Below, piece by piece: positions 1-11,499 of a DNA stretch of 64,000 nucleotides (its first letter is position 1; the number at the start of each line of letters is the position of its first letter). Source of the stretch: Selaginella moellendorffii (taxonomy: Eukaryota; Plantae; Lycopodiophyta); assembly GCF_000143415.4 (NCBI RefSeq), contig NW_003314336.1:903470-967469 (forward strand). The letters run 5' to 3'. The position numbers were made by a program, and so were the translations under genes. The notes beneath the pieces were generated by a model. It did no database searches and had not been told where the DNA came from. It was given only the letters and a program-made list of their open reading frames with translations.

Positions 1-2
1 CG

Positions 3-725
3 GCCGGAGTTTTGAGTGGGAAGATCTACGTGTTTGGAGGCACCATTGGAGAGACCAACGTGACCTCGACCGAGCAGTATGATCCGGAAGAAAACGTCTG
101 GAGTGTGGTGAGCAAGCCGATGGTCAAAGCTCGCGCATACCACGGAGGAGCCGTGGTTGGAAGCAGGATCTTTGCTCTCGGTGGTAGAAACGACACTGCC
201 TTCCTCTCGGAGACGGAGTCATTCGATCAGGAGGTGGGATGGATGGCTTCGGTCCCAATGATGGAGAGACGAGGCGCATTCTCTCCGGTGGTGGTGGAGG
301 GATCGATCTACGCTTTCGGTGGAACAGACGGGAACCTCTACCTCGACTCGGCCGAGCGGTTTGATCCACGCGAGGGCATCTGGAGGAGCCTTCCGCCGAT
401 GAGCTCCAAGCGGCTGTGGTTCCAGTCGGCTGCCTGGAACAACAAAGTCTACGTGCTCGGGGGCCACGATGGTTGCGACTACTTGGCGAATGTGGAGCGC
501 TTTGATCCTCGCGCTGGGAAGTGGGAGACGATCAAGCCACTGGCTGGGTCGAGAGCTCACGGTGCTGCGGCGGTGGTGGACGGATCCATTTGCGTGGTGG
601 CGGGGCTGGACAAGAAGCATCACTTCGTCAACACCATCGAGTGCTACGGTGAATCGTCGAGCTCGCGAGTGATCGAAGTTTGTGATCTCCACCAGCGCAG
701 CTTGTTCTCCCTTGGAGTGATCTGA
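3..725 (+). CDS. Kelch-repeat protein, 3' part (begins upstream of window)
   Basis: About five Kelch repeats (IYVFGG...EQYDP...W, IYAFGG...ERFDP...W); frame open from the window start; TGA at 723-725. Confidence 0.9.
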   Translation, partial: AGVLSGKIYVFGGTIGETNVTSTEQYDPEENVWSVVSKPMVKARAYHGGAVVGSRIFALGGRNDTAFLSETESFDQEVGWMASVPMMERRGAFSPVVVEGSIYAFGGTDGNLYLDSAERFDPREGIWRSLPPMSSKRLWFQSAAWNNKVYVLGGHDGCDYLANVERFDPRAGKWETIKPLAGSRAHGAAAVVDGSICVVAGLDKKHHFVNTIECYGESSSSRVIEVCDLHQRSLFSLGVI

Positions 726-869
726 TCGCCGGTATGGTTTTTCTTCGCTATCTCTCTCACACTCTTTCTTCTTTGTTTGACAAGCTTAATAAGTTTCGTT
801 TTGCGATAGATAGATTTCATTTCCTTGTAGAAAACCTTTTAGAGAAACATTTTAGGGCTGGAGGGAGTG

Positions 870-2336
870 ATGGCCGGCGATGGCGCTGGCGATGGCTCTG
901 GCGGTGCCCCGCGACGGCTCAAGGGCAAGCTCTGCCGCGAAGAGGTAGCAGTAGTGCTAGCGGCAGTGGCAACGGCAGTGGTTCTTGTCCAGCGATTCGT
1001 GGATGAGCACAGCTTGCTTGTGCTTCTCCCCGGCAATGCTGCGGCCGCCCTGGAGTCGTCAATGCAGGCTACCAGCAGCGCGCTCGCGAAGCTCCAGACT
1101 ATGTTCTCGCTCACGGCGGCGAGCGATGCCGCGGCCGCCGCTGCTGATCCGGCCATCGCCAGCGACGATGATCGCCAGCTCCATTCTTCCTCGTCGAGCC
1201 TGAGAAAGGCCGTCCATGCGATGGGGGATACGATCGCTCCTCCTCGGTTTCACGATGTTTTCCAAAGCGGTGACGATGTCCACTGGAAGGCGAGCTTCCG
1301 GATGTCTCGGGCCAGTTTCGCGAGGCTGCTGGAGATTTTAGGCCCGGTTCTCGAGAGACAAGAGCCCGCTGACATCCCCGCCGATCGAAAGCTGGCCGCG
1401 ACGCTCTACCGCTTGGCTCACGGCGCGACCATCAAAGTCGTAGCTCGCAAGTTTGGAATCAGCACTGGCAGCTGCTCCAAGGCCTTCTACGACGTTTGCA
1501 AGGGATTGGAGGAGAAGCTGGGCCACCTGTTCGATTTCCCGACGTCGAGCGAGAGATTGACGAGCATCTCCGGCGAGTTCGCCGCTGTAGGATTGCCACA
1601 CTGCTGTGGAGCTCTTGGCTGCACCAACTTTGCCGTGGAGAGGCCGCCGGGAGAAATGGGGATCGACTACTTCGATCACACCAGGAACTACAGCGTCGTG
1701 ATGCAAGGGGTGGTGGACTCTCGCTCGCGGTTTCTCGACATCTCGGTGGGCTGGCCGGGATGCATCCCTCCCGCCGCCATCCTTCTCAAGACGAGGTTCT
1801 ACTCGCGAGTTCGAGAGAGCCATGAACTTCTCCAAGGACCTCCGCTGGACCTCGGTGGTGGCATTTTCATTCCTCGCTACGTTCTCGGAGACCGCTCCTA
1901 CAACTTGCAGCCGTGGCTCATCACTCCATACTCCCAGCCCGAGGATTCGAGCTTCGATCTGACTGCTCTCTTCAACAAGGCACACAGGCATGCAATGCGG
2001 CCGCTGCGTCGAGCTTTCGGGATGCTCAAGGAGCAGTGGCAGCTGCTCAAGACGACGCAGCGGGTGGACAGCATCGAGCTGCTGCCGTTCATCGTGGCGG
2101 CGTCGTGCGTGCTCCAGAACTTCCTCATCGACAACGGGGAGGCGATGCCCGAGGTGGAGGAGGAGCTGGAGCAGCGGGAGCCGGCGGTGGTGGACGGGGA
2201 TCCAGACGTTTACGGGGAGAGCGTGCGAAGCGCTTTGGCAGGCTTTGTCGGGCAGTATCAAACAGCAATGGGATTTGGAGGAGGTCCAGTGCGATCCGTG
2301 GGTCAGATGGTGGTAGATGGAACGAGGAACGGCTAG
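870..2336 (+). CDS. Domesticated PIF/Harbinger transposase-derived nuclease (DDE_Tnp_4 family), HDP1/ALP1-like
   Basis: Intronless ORF with FRMS...F, LAATLYRLAHG, LPHCCGALG, VDSRSRFLDISVGWPG, YVLGDxxYxLxPWLITPY and AFGMLKEQW motifs; no TIRs seen; catalytic acids partly replaced. Confidence 0.88.
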   Translation: MAGDGAGDGSGGAPRRLKGKLCREEVAVVLAAVATAVVLVQRFVDEHSLLVLLPGNAAAALESSMQATSSALAKLQTMFSLTAASDAAAAAADPAIASDDDRQLHSSSSSLRKAVHAMGDTIAPPRFHDVFQSGDDVHWKASFRMSRASFARLLEILGPVLERQEPADIPADRKLAATLYRLAHGATIKVVARKFGISTGSCSKAFYDVCKGLEEKLGHLFDFPTSSERLTSISGEFAAVGLPHCCGALGCTNFAVERPPGEMGIDYFDHTRNYSVVMQGVVDSRSRFLDISVGWPGCIPPAAILLKTRFYSRVRESHELLQGPPLDLGGGIFIPRYVLGDRSYNLQPWLITPYSQPEDSSFDLTALFNKAHRHAMRPLRRAFGMLKEQWQLLKTTQRVDSIELLPFIVAASCVLQNFLIDNGEAMPEVEEELEQREPAVVDGDPDVYGESVRSALAGFVGQYQTAMGFGGGPVRSVGQMVVDGTRNG

Positions 2337-2948
2337 TCAGTCAGTCGGACAGGATTGGGACACTACGCAGGTATTTCGGAGGCTCTCTCGGGCGGACTTT
2401 TTTTTTTTCTTTTCTTTTCTACTCATTTGTGGATGGTGGAAGGATTTCAGGAAGGCAAAGTTAGACAAAGACGCGGTGTTTGAAGCAGAATATCCAGCAC
2501 ACAGTCCTACGAGGCCGAGATTTAATGTCCGGGCAGGGAAGCAGGGCCGGGTGGTTTTCTTATCTTTGGGATTTGGAGGTGGCTTAAGTTCAAGTCAAAA
2601 CAGCAGACTCGGGCAACAGGCCCACCCGTCACATGTGGAGGATATACAGGGGATATGCGTTCTGGATGGCTGAGTGCCGTTGGATCATCGTCTATTTCTC
2701 CCGTGGAATGGCATCCCACTGAAGGAGAGAGAGTGAGAGAGTCGGCGGCGGCTGTAGATTTTGTTTGGAGGGGCGGATGTGCTTTGGATGATGGTGGTTC
2801 AGTCTGGTTTGGAAGTGCTCATGGAGTTTTGGAACTGAGCTCTGTCTCTTCAGCTGCTGGTTTTTCGTGAGGGAGGTGGAGATTTTAGTTTCCTGGTAGC
2901 GGTCCTTTAAATTTTTATTTTTTTTCTTTTACTGTTAGAGGAGGAGAA

Positions 2949-4936
2949 ATGCTGAGTGAGGGGGAGACTACTTTGGCAATGGCTGCTGGCTTGACAACAG
3001 TCGTACAGAATGGCTGTGTTGATGAGGCAGCAGGAGTGTTCGTAAGCACTGCAGAGGCAAAAGCCCCATGGAACAAGGACGAGGCAGCAAATGGTGCAGC
3101 TGAGTGTTCCAAGAGCAAAGCCAGGGATGGCTTGCTGGAGCTGCTGAACAAGTCAGGAGTACCTCCAGCGGCACAAGTAAGCATTTCTTTCCTTTCTAGT
3201 TCTAGTAGTCGTGCTTTTTTCGTTTTAGCTTAGGATTCCAGAGAGCTTTGAGATCTGTTGGTAAGATTTTGATGGGCTAGTCTTTGAGAACTGACGACGT
3301 GTTGTTTTATCCTCGACTTTGGCAGAGGATGGCTCTTAACATACTCGTGAAGCTTGTCCGAACGGAGGGTGGAAGGTTTGAAACTCATCTCTTTGCGAAG
3401 ATTTTGTGCTCTCTGGTAAGCCTATTTCAATTTCTAGCTTCTATGCATCTCTAACAACTCGTATGCTGTGCAGATTGAGAGCAAAGGCACGATTGCCACT
3501 CCCCTAGATTGTTTGGCCAGCAAGTACTTTGTGTATGGAGACACAAGGTACGAGTTCGCTCTCGTCTGATGTATGGTTTTCGTAACATTCGCTTGTGTAT
3601 CCAGATGTTGCGTGCTCGACAGGATACATCAGCTTGCCAAGAGTATCTCAGAAGGTAATCTGCTCAAGCTTTCGTTTGGCATCATTCTTCTCACTTCTTC
3701 GCAGGAGGAACTCGTGGTATTGAGCTGTTGAAGGTTTTGTACGGATATCTGTTTGACAAAAATCCTTTAACATGTGAGAACTCTCTTTGGAAAAATTGCC
3801 ACGACGCTGACAGTATCAATGTTTCTTTATGTGCAGCGGCATGCCTGGCTGCTCCAGAATTCGAACAGGTACGAACTTTGCTCTTGTTTATTGCTGTTTC
3901 CCTGCAGTGTTTGCAATTACATTTAGTTTCGTTTTCTTTCTGTCGTCTCATTTTGTGGTCGTTGATACGTTGATCCAGCGATTTCATCTGATGGAGAAAT
4001 GCTGAATTGCAGAAAGCCGCAGTACTTGAGAGTGATAAGCAGTTCCTGGAGCAGATTACAGCTTTTTGTTCTGCTCTCGCAACGGTACTCTTTTTATTTC
4101 TCTCTTTTTGTCAAGTTTTTTCACACGTAATTTCTTTTGTTTGACAGGAGCTTAATGGTCAAGGCGATGGTTGCCTGAGGTATACGAAAAGTTTTATTCT
4201 AAAGTGAAGTTCTCCCTCGCTGATTTGTTTGCTTCTCCAGAAACGCTAGCGTACTACGGATGCCGCAGCTCATATCTAGTCTTGTAGAAGAGAAAACGGT
4301 AGGGACTACATTCTTGACAAGACTGAACTTATATACGTTTTTTTGTAGAATGGCCGATGTAAAGCCAGTGTTGCAGACAATGCACTGCAAGATCCCGAGA
4401 AGACTGTGAATGGGGAGGATTTGTCAGCGCTGGTCCTCACAGCAGCAAGAGGCAGAGGCAGCGAGGCTAACACCGGTGGTGCTGTGAGAGCCGGGACTCC
4501 GAAAAAGAAAGTGAGCGACGAAGATGAAGTAGAAAAAGAGGAAGAGGAGGAGGACGGTGGTGGTGAGAGCGGTGGAGACGAAGGTGACAGCGATGATCCC
4601 GACCATGGTGGCAACGAAGAGGAGGAAGAAGGCGAGGAGGAGGAGGAAGAGGAAGAGGAGGATGGAGAAGAAGAGGAGGAAGATGGCGAGCAGCAACAGG
4701 GGGTTGGATCAAACGCTGCTGCTGCTGCTGCTGCTGCCGCTGCTGCTGCAAGAAACAACAATGCCATCGCCAGTGTTGATGGTGCTCCTGGATTCGACGA
4801 GGAAGAAGAAGAGAGCGATCAAGACGGTGGAGTGGAGGACGATGGCGAAGGAGCCGATGGAGGTGAGGATGAAGAGGACGACGATGGCGACGACGATGAA
4901 GATGGAGCTCCACCACCCAAGAAAGCCAAGAAATGA
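2949..4936 (+). CDS. Multi-exon nuclear protein: NOC4-N-terminal-like helical region plus long D/E-rich tail, poly-Ala and C-terminal NLS (PPPKKAKK)
   Basis: GT-AG exons can be joined through 3176/3234...4298/4349. The spliced segment LVKLVRTEGGRFETHLFAKIL...LASKYFVYGDTR resembles the plant NOC4 N-terminus from memory. The last exon is in frame with the acidic ORF 4406-4936. Confidence 0.6.
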
Positions 4937-5069
4937 AGAGCGCCACATTTTTCTCTTCTTTGTCTTCTTTGTTTTTCGCGAACAAACACTCCTCACACAC
5001 TGGTCGTTTTAAATTTGAAATTTCTAGCGATGCGAAGAGCCCTAAAAAGGGATTTGGAAGGCTCCGGGA

Positions 5070-5243
5070 ATGGTTTGATCGATCGATCTATCGATTCGAT
5101 CGCGACGCTTTTGTGCTCTTGCAGATCCAAGCCGTGTTCCTCGTGAGCCGCCAAGGGAAAGTGCGGCTCCAGAAATGGTACACTGCTTATCCAGGGAAAG
5201 ATCGGCCTAAAGTAAGCGCCTACATTTTCTCTGATTTCCTCTT

Positions 5244-5280
<37 letters not shown>

Positions 5281-5978
5281 CAATGCAGGCGATCAGAGAA
5301 ATCACGAGCATCATTCTGTCCAGAGGAAGCAGGCTTTGCAATTTCATTGAATGGAAGGATTTGAAAGTCATCTACAAGCGGTAAGAAGCTCAAATCCTTT
5401 CTCTCTACGCGCTTGAGGTTTTGTTCTTGTTCTAGATATGCGAGCTTGTATTTTTGTATGTGCGTTGATGCCGACGACAACGAGCTCGACTGCTTGGAAG
5501 TCATACACCTCTTTGTGGAAGTTCTAGACCGCTACTTTGGCAACGTAAGCGTTTTTTTTTCTTTCGCTTCTTCTTCTGTAGACTTTACTTATATGTTTGT
5601 TTTATCTCGCTCTGGAATCCAGGTTTGCGAGCTCGACTTGGTTTTTAATTTCCACAAGGTCAGCCAGCGACTTTAAGTTTTGAGAGCAACGTCAATACTT
5701 GGTGTGGTTTTTTTTTCTTTTCTTTTTTCTTTCGTTTTTGTGTGTGTATGCAGGCGTATTATATCCTGGACGAGGTACTGCTGTCGGGAGAGCTACAGGA
5801 GTCGAGCAAAAAATCCGTGGCTCGAGTCATTTCTGCTCAGGTACACATTAACTTGTCTCTGGCTTTTTCTCTGTTCTTTCTTTTCTCCCTTTTAATGCCA
5901 TTGTTTTTCCAGGACACCATGGTTGAGAAAGCCAAAGAAACCGGCATTTCCCACATGATGTCGTCAAGCAGCAAGTGA
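5070..5978 (+). CDS. AP1S: AP-1 adaptor complex sigma subunit (clathrin adaptor small chain)
   Basis: ATG-only first coding exon (5070-5072, intron 5073-5124), then [19 protein letters not shown]...RYASLYF...NEL...[26 protein letters not shown]...GELQE. Confidence 0.92.
5247..5277 (+). repeat. (CT)n microsatellite in AP-1 sigma intron
   Basis: Direct CT dinucleotide run. Confidence 0.9.
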
Positions 5979-6871
5979 AAGTGGGCATCTTAAGTGAGAG
6001 TGGTCTGAGCTTGTAAGTCTTTCGGAGTTTTTTCATCGAGTTGGATCTTCGTCCAGCCGGGCCCTTTCCAGTTTCCATGAAGGTTTCCTGGAAGATTTTA
6101 GTTTGGTGCCGCAAAGCATTGCAGTCTTTGATTGTGTTGGTATTATAGATACGTAGTTGCAACGACATTGTTGTTTTCATTGGCGCTCTACACCGACGTG
6201 AACTACTTGGAGAAGCCGGGGTGGCAACACTATCTTCCTCGCATTTTTGCGACAAGGGCCGCTTGTGGGTGTTTCTTTTCTCTGGCCGCCTTCACTGCAA
6301 AGTTTAAGCAAACAAACAATGCTCATTTAAGCAAGTTTCATCCAAACAAACAATGCGAATCAGATTTTTATATGAGAATTTTCTAAGCTCCTCATTCTTC
6401 TGGCTCCACAAAGAATTTTTGGCCTAATTGCTGAAAGAAAACAAAGAAAAAATAACAATTATTTTGACAACTTAAACCACTAGCTTGTGGCCGCAAAATG
6501 CAAGTCCGATGATTCCCGGAGCGTTAAGAACGTTCCTGGCGGGGGAGCACGGCCATTCAGGAAACTCGTGAAGACAAGGTACCACTCCACGTTTGTGAGA
6601 ATCGCAATTCTGGAACACGGATCTGTAAAGAGCTATAGTTTTGGTCCTGGAAGACAAATCATGGAACAGATTTTCGTGAGAAAGTTAAAGAGCTGGTTTC
6701 ATGTTTCTTTTCGCTTCTTGATCGAGCTGGGAGTTGGACTGTGTAGAGCTTGCAGAAAAGCGCTGCTAAAACTCCATAAGTCGTCAACGAGAGAGGAAAA
6801 GAAAAAAAGTAAGTTGTTGTATCAAGAGAGCTAGCTATGGAACTTATAAAACCACCAAAAAAACCCATTCA

Positions 6872-7830
6872 ACAGCACCGGCGTACCTTTCACAAAACTG
6901 TGCATTTCTTCGTCGATTGGATCGTCAGGAGTCAGGACCACACTGAAAACGACAGAGGAAAAGCAAAAGAGAAAACAAGTTGTGTCATTATGGCAAATTC
7001 CAGCACAACAAAGCGGGCAAGGAATTACAGATCAAACAAACTTACTTATAAGGGGGCTGAGATCTTCTGGCTCTCAACCAAAAGTAAGGAGACTGCAGTT
7101 CAATCGAGAAACATAGAAGATGTACATAAAAACTTGATCAATGTACCTCGTCACAGCTAGAATCATTGTCAGAGATACTTTCACTATCCCACCACGCTCG
7201 TGCATTTCTTCCTCGATTGGATCGTCAGAAGCCAGGACTATACAACCAGAAAATCAAAGGAAAACAGCAGTGTGCACGTAAAGATTGAAATCTGCGAAAG
7301 CAGGAACTCGGGAACTCGTAGACCTTGATCAGTGATCAAGGTCTAGCACCGATGTACCTTTCACAAAACTGTGCATTTCTTCGTCGAGTGGATCGTCAGG
7401 AGTCAGGACCACACTGAAAACGACAGCGGAAAAGCAAAAGAGAAAACAAGTTGTATCATTAGAGAGATATTGCAAAATTCCAGCACAACAAAGCGGGCAA
7501 GGAATTACAGATCAAACAAACTTACTTATAAGGGGGCTGAGATCTTCTTGAGGTCCCCTTCTGTTTATGGCTCTCAACCAGAAGTAAGGAGACTGCAGTT
7601 CAATCGAGAAACATAGAGATGTACATAAAAACTTGATCAATGTACCTCGTCACAGCTCGAATCATCGTCAGAGATACTTTCACTATTCCACCATGCTCAT
7701 GCATTCCTTCCTCGATTGGATCGTCAGGAGCCAGGACTACACAAACCAGAAAATCAAAGGAAAACAGCAGTGTTCACGTAAAGATTGAAATCTGCGAAAG
7801 CAGGAATTTGGGAACTCGTAGACCTTGATC
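6872..7830. repeat. Tandem duplication of about 470 bp within copy 1 (single copy at about 16464-16926)
   Basis: agcacc..gtacctttcacaaaactgtgcatttcttcg ... ggaactcgtagaccttgatcag occurs twice. Confidence 0.88.
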
Positions 7831-7912
7831 AGTTGATCGCGCCCGAAGGCTTGGCCAAAGCAAATGTGCATAAATGTGAACTTAGTATGGAAAACAAACC
7901 GCTACTCGCAGA

Positions 7913-8343
7913 CTAGCAAAAGGTGGCATCCCTGAGGTGCATGGGAAACTTGCGATCGCTCATGTAGACGAACCGAACCTCCCTTCGCGGTTCAAGAGGT
8001 CCGCCATCCAGAACGAGACAATCACCCGGCAAGAGGCGGTGGAAAACCCCCGGATCGATGAGCTTGTAGGACGCGAAAATGCGGCAATCGACGTGAATCC
8101 CGCACACACTGCGCTCGCCCTCGTTCATGATCACCACTTCGAACTCGAGCACATCGCCGGTATCCACCTGGCTGATCTCAATGTTCCTCATGGGCCGGTC
8201 TACACAAATGGAGTGAGGAAGAAACGAAAGAAAAGGATCCAAAACAAATGGAACTTACCTGAATCGCTGGAAGCTGAAAGAACGGAGATCATGAGATACA
8301 GCATGAACAGCTTGCGCAATGCTTCATCTAGGATCATCCTCAT
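7913..8343 (-). CDS. TPD1-like secreted Cys-rich protein, divergent copy (open frame, two Cys lost)
   Basis: Signal-peptide exon MRMILDEALRKLFMLYLMISVLSASSDS, a GT-AG intron, then DRPMRNIEISQ...IHVDC...DPGVFHRL..GDCLVLDGGPL...FVY...FPM...C*. Paralogous to 21501-21927. Confidence 0.7.
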
Positions 8344-8599
8344 CGTCGGGATGGATCAAGCAAGAAAGAAGAAGAAGAAGAAGCTACTCTCTCTTATGGT
8401 GAAACACGAGTATTTATCCTAAGGCTGCGTCGCCCCGTAATCTGGGACGTAAGTGAAACACCGGTTTTTGGAATGGATAAGCTTACGCGAATTAAATCTC
8501 CTCTGCGACGTGTGCCACCTTCCACGTATAATCGTAAAATCCGCTCTCTCACAGCAGTAGGTTTGACCGAAATGGCTTCTAGAGACTTTTAATCGTGTG

Positions 8600-8860
8600 G
8601 CTTCCCAACAGATATATTTTCGTTGAGATTAAAGAAAGGATGGCACTTCTTTGCAGGCTCCTGTGAGACCAGGAAATTGTAAAGTTATGATAAGAATATG
8701 CATAAGTTTGGATGTTCGCACCAGAAAGCTTCCTTCATTCAGTCCCAAAAGACCTGGAAAAAAAAGGTGAGATACAAACTCCAGGGAAGTGCCTAATCTC
8801 AACAAACATCCAATTTCTGGCCTTAGAGCGTAATCTTTGTCTGTATTTCTGAAACTTAAC
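8600..8860 (-). pseudogene. GEK1/DTD2 remnant fragments upstream of the TPD1-like copy
   Basis: Reverse complement matches the last exon (SAILS..ENIxVGKP) and the MFVEIG exon region of the intact gene at 19793-21240. Confidence 0.7.
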
Positions 8861-9934
8861 GAGAAACATTAGCATGGTTGATGGCAACAAGAGTTTGATG
8901 AGTTTCAAACCTTCCAGCCTCCGTTAGGACAAGCTTCATGAGTATTCTTAAGAGCCATCCTCTGCCATCAATACATTTAAACCATTGGTGTATTAACCAT
9001 AAAAATACATTTAAATATCATAATAAAAATTTAACAATTTTAAAGATAATAAGCATTGACTAATAGATTTTAAATACTAAATTTTAATCTAAATCTTCTA
9101 CTGCTGCTGCTCTTGGAACAAGAGCCACAATCTTCTGGACTGTGTGATTTATCCAGCTACTCTTTATGAGTCACATAACTATTCTCCTCTACATCTTCAT
9201 CTTAACCCCATCAACTAAAACGATAGGCCCAAAACCTTTTTAGAACCACAATACCCTCTAAAGCATCATGTAATTTGGGAAACCCTTAATCCTTTATGGA
9301 ATGAAAAGAATTGTGAAAGAAGGATCAATGCAGTAAAGTATAGAAAAAAGTTATTGCCTACCAAGGAAAGGATAATACCCTAATGAATATTGCAATTTAC
9401 CTGCCATGATAAATTGTGTATATTAGAAAGTTCTAGCCCATCTTTGCTCATCCAAAACCCTGGATTTTCAATTTTTCACTATAATAGCTAACTTAGATTT
9501 ACTTTTTTTACAAACTCTGAGAGAAAGCTACAAAAGAGATTTTGGCATTCAAAGTGAAATTTGCTACTTTACTACAGTTATATATTAGTTATGCTACTTT
9601 ATATTTCAACAGCTGTTAAAGAATTTTTTTCCTAACCCATGTCCTTACAATTGATTGAACCATTGTAGTCCCATACTTGTGGTATGTGACCCTTTCGAGA
9701 ACTCTTGAATGCAGCATGTGGCATCAAGAAATCTAGCATTCCAAGAAGAAACGTGTTTTGGCACATACTTTGCTAGATCACTAATTAACTAGCTATAGAT
9801 GAGCACATTATTAAAAGAACTTACTTGCCTTGCATGATGCCTCTTCTTTTCTAGTCTTCTGCTTTGTTGTGACAATGTTAGTAATTTGGGTAAATAAAAA
9901 AACGGTGAGCCTGCCATTAGATTCTAAGGAATAT

Positions 9935-11389
9935 TCACAGGCGGTAACAATTTATAAATTGCACGCCATAGTACGCAAAGTTCAAGCGCGTGCATCCAGG
10001 TTTGACACTGCTATATCCCTGTGAGAAAAAAAAAGTTCTTTCCTCGTTAGAAAAGCTCTTAGGAACGCTTACTAGAAATATTACTTGTTGAAAGGAACTA
10101 TGAACACGAAAACAAAGAACCAGCTTCATGGCTGCATATGCCGCAGGACTGGTGGCCATGAGGTACTCACCCGCTACGGTGTGATGCGCAGGCACGTCTC
10201 TGTACTTAGTAGCCTTGGTAAGCAAGCGAACATGGATGATATTGCTGCGCACCAGCTGCTGGCGCACAACTTTGTTGGCGTGGTTGATCTGCCCACCAAA
10301 AACTTCGGCTACCACCGTCCTGTACGCCGCGGCACCACCACCCTCCACAATCGCCTTGAAGATCCCCGTCAACTCTGCTGGAGTCCATCCTTCCCCAAGC
10401 CCCAAAGTCATCTCCAAGTTCACCCTTGCCACGTCTATGAGATCCTGGGCTTGCGCCACCAGATTGGTAGCGTCCTCACCATTGTCAAGAGAAGCGTTGA
10501 GCGCCAGCGTTTTCAATTGATACGGGCTTCCACCAGCTGCCTCAAAGATGGAAGGCCAGACAGTCGCCTCCCAGTCTTGCGGGAGCTTCAAGCCCAGAGT
10601 TGGTGCGACGTGCTCGGAGAAAAACTGCTTGGCTTCGTCTTCGCAAAACAGGCCGAGTCCTATTGTCTTGAATTTGCCATCCGCGAACTTCCTACGCAGC
10701 CACGAGTCCACGACCGGAAGAACTCGTCCGAGGAAGCCATGACCACATGAGCCCTCCCAGTCTGCTTGGTCATGCCCTCCATGAAACCGAGCAACTCGTC
10801 GAGCTCCTTGTCGTAGACGCCTTCCCACTTGGCGAGCCTGTTAGCCTCGTCGAAGATGATAACCGGCTTGACGGACTTGTATTGAGCTAAAAAGCTCTGG
10901 ATGATCCCTTGGATCGCCACAAGTTTTGCCCCTCGGATACCTTGAATACTTTCCCAGAAAGATTTGATTCCTTGAGCGATCTCCCCAGCTGGAACCCCCA
11001 TCACGCTCGCATTCCCCAGAGACCCGAGTAAATCGCGGACTTGTTTCTGCCAGCCGCCCAATTCTGTCCTCAGCAAAGCGGCCATGGCATCCGGAGACGA
11101 GCAATCGTTGATGCGCATGTTGATGATGACCAACGGAGCCAAAGCGCTCCTGCCCGCGGAACTCTTCCAGAGCTCACGCAGATGCGTCAGTAACAGCGAC
11201 TTTCCCGCATCCTTGGGACCCAGGAGCACATTGATTTGTAAAGGCGCAGCATCCAGGATCCTGACCAACATCTCCAGTTCCTCCTTGCGATCGAAGAAGC
11301 CGTAGGAAGACTGCACCGCACCCGCGGCCCGCCACACTTCGGATGCTTTGACCCAGCTCCACGCTGGTAACGGATTGACAAGCCCCCAT
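9935..11389 (-). pseudogene. P-loop NTPase (archaeal-ATPase/STAND-like AAA+), frameshifted
   Basis: FFDRKEE pre-Walker motif, Walker A GPKDAGKS, Walker B VIIFDEAN, AAGGSPYQL (GxP) motif; two ORFs joined by an 8-bp insertion at 10699-10714; exact ends uncertain. Confidence 0.78.
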
Positions 11390-11499
11390 CTTGCTCTAGC
11401 CCTAACCCTTATACATTTCAGTTTATTTAAATGATCCTAGACCCAGTCAATTTCCCTCTCCAGGCGCTCCACGAGAGCTCCAACTTCGGTGATCTTACA

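Larger units (their letters stand above)
6306..8893. repeat. Segmental duplication, copy 1 (paralog at 15628-17914)
   Basis: Near-identical sequence from aagcaaacaaacaatgctc to ggcaacaagag in both places. Confidence 0.92.

Noticed and set aside
1338-2261. Long antisense ORFs over GC-rich genes (also 31293-32330, 61858-62736, 10085-10750)
   Set aside because: Shadow ORFs expected from GC-rich codon usage; no motifs.
870-2336. Harbinger ORF as the mobiliser of the 15707 MITE
   Set aside because: Catalytic residues are lost, it has no TIRs, and the MITE ends match the 60791 element instead.
8895-9830. AT-rich stretch as a distinct TE
   Set aside because: No TIR, LTR, TSD or protein motif that I could support.
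11399-11410. Telomere-like CCCTAACCCT
   Set aside because: Under two units; not an array.
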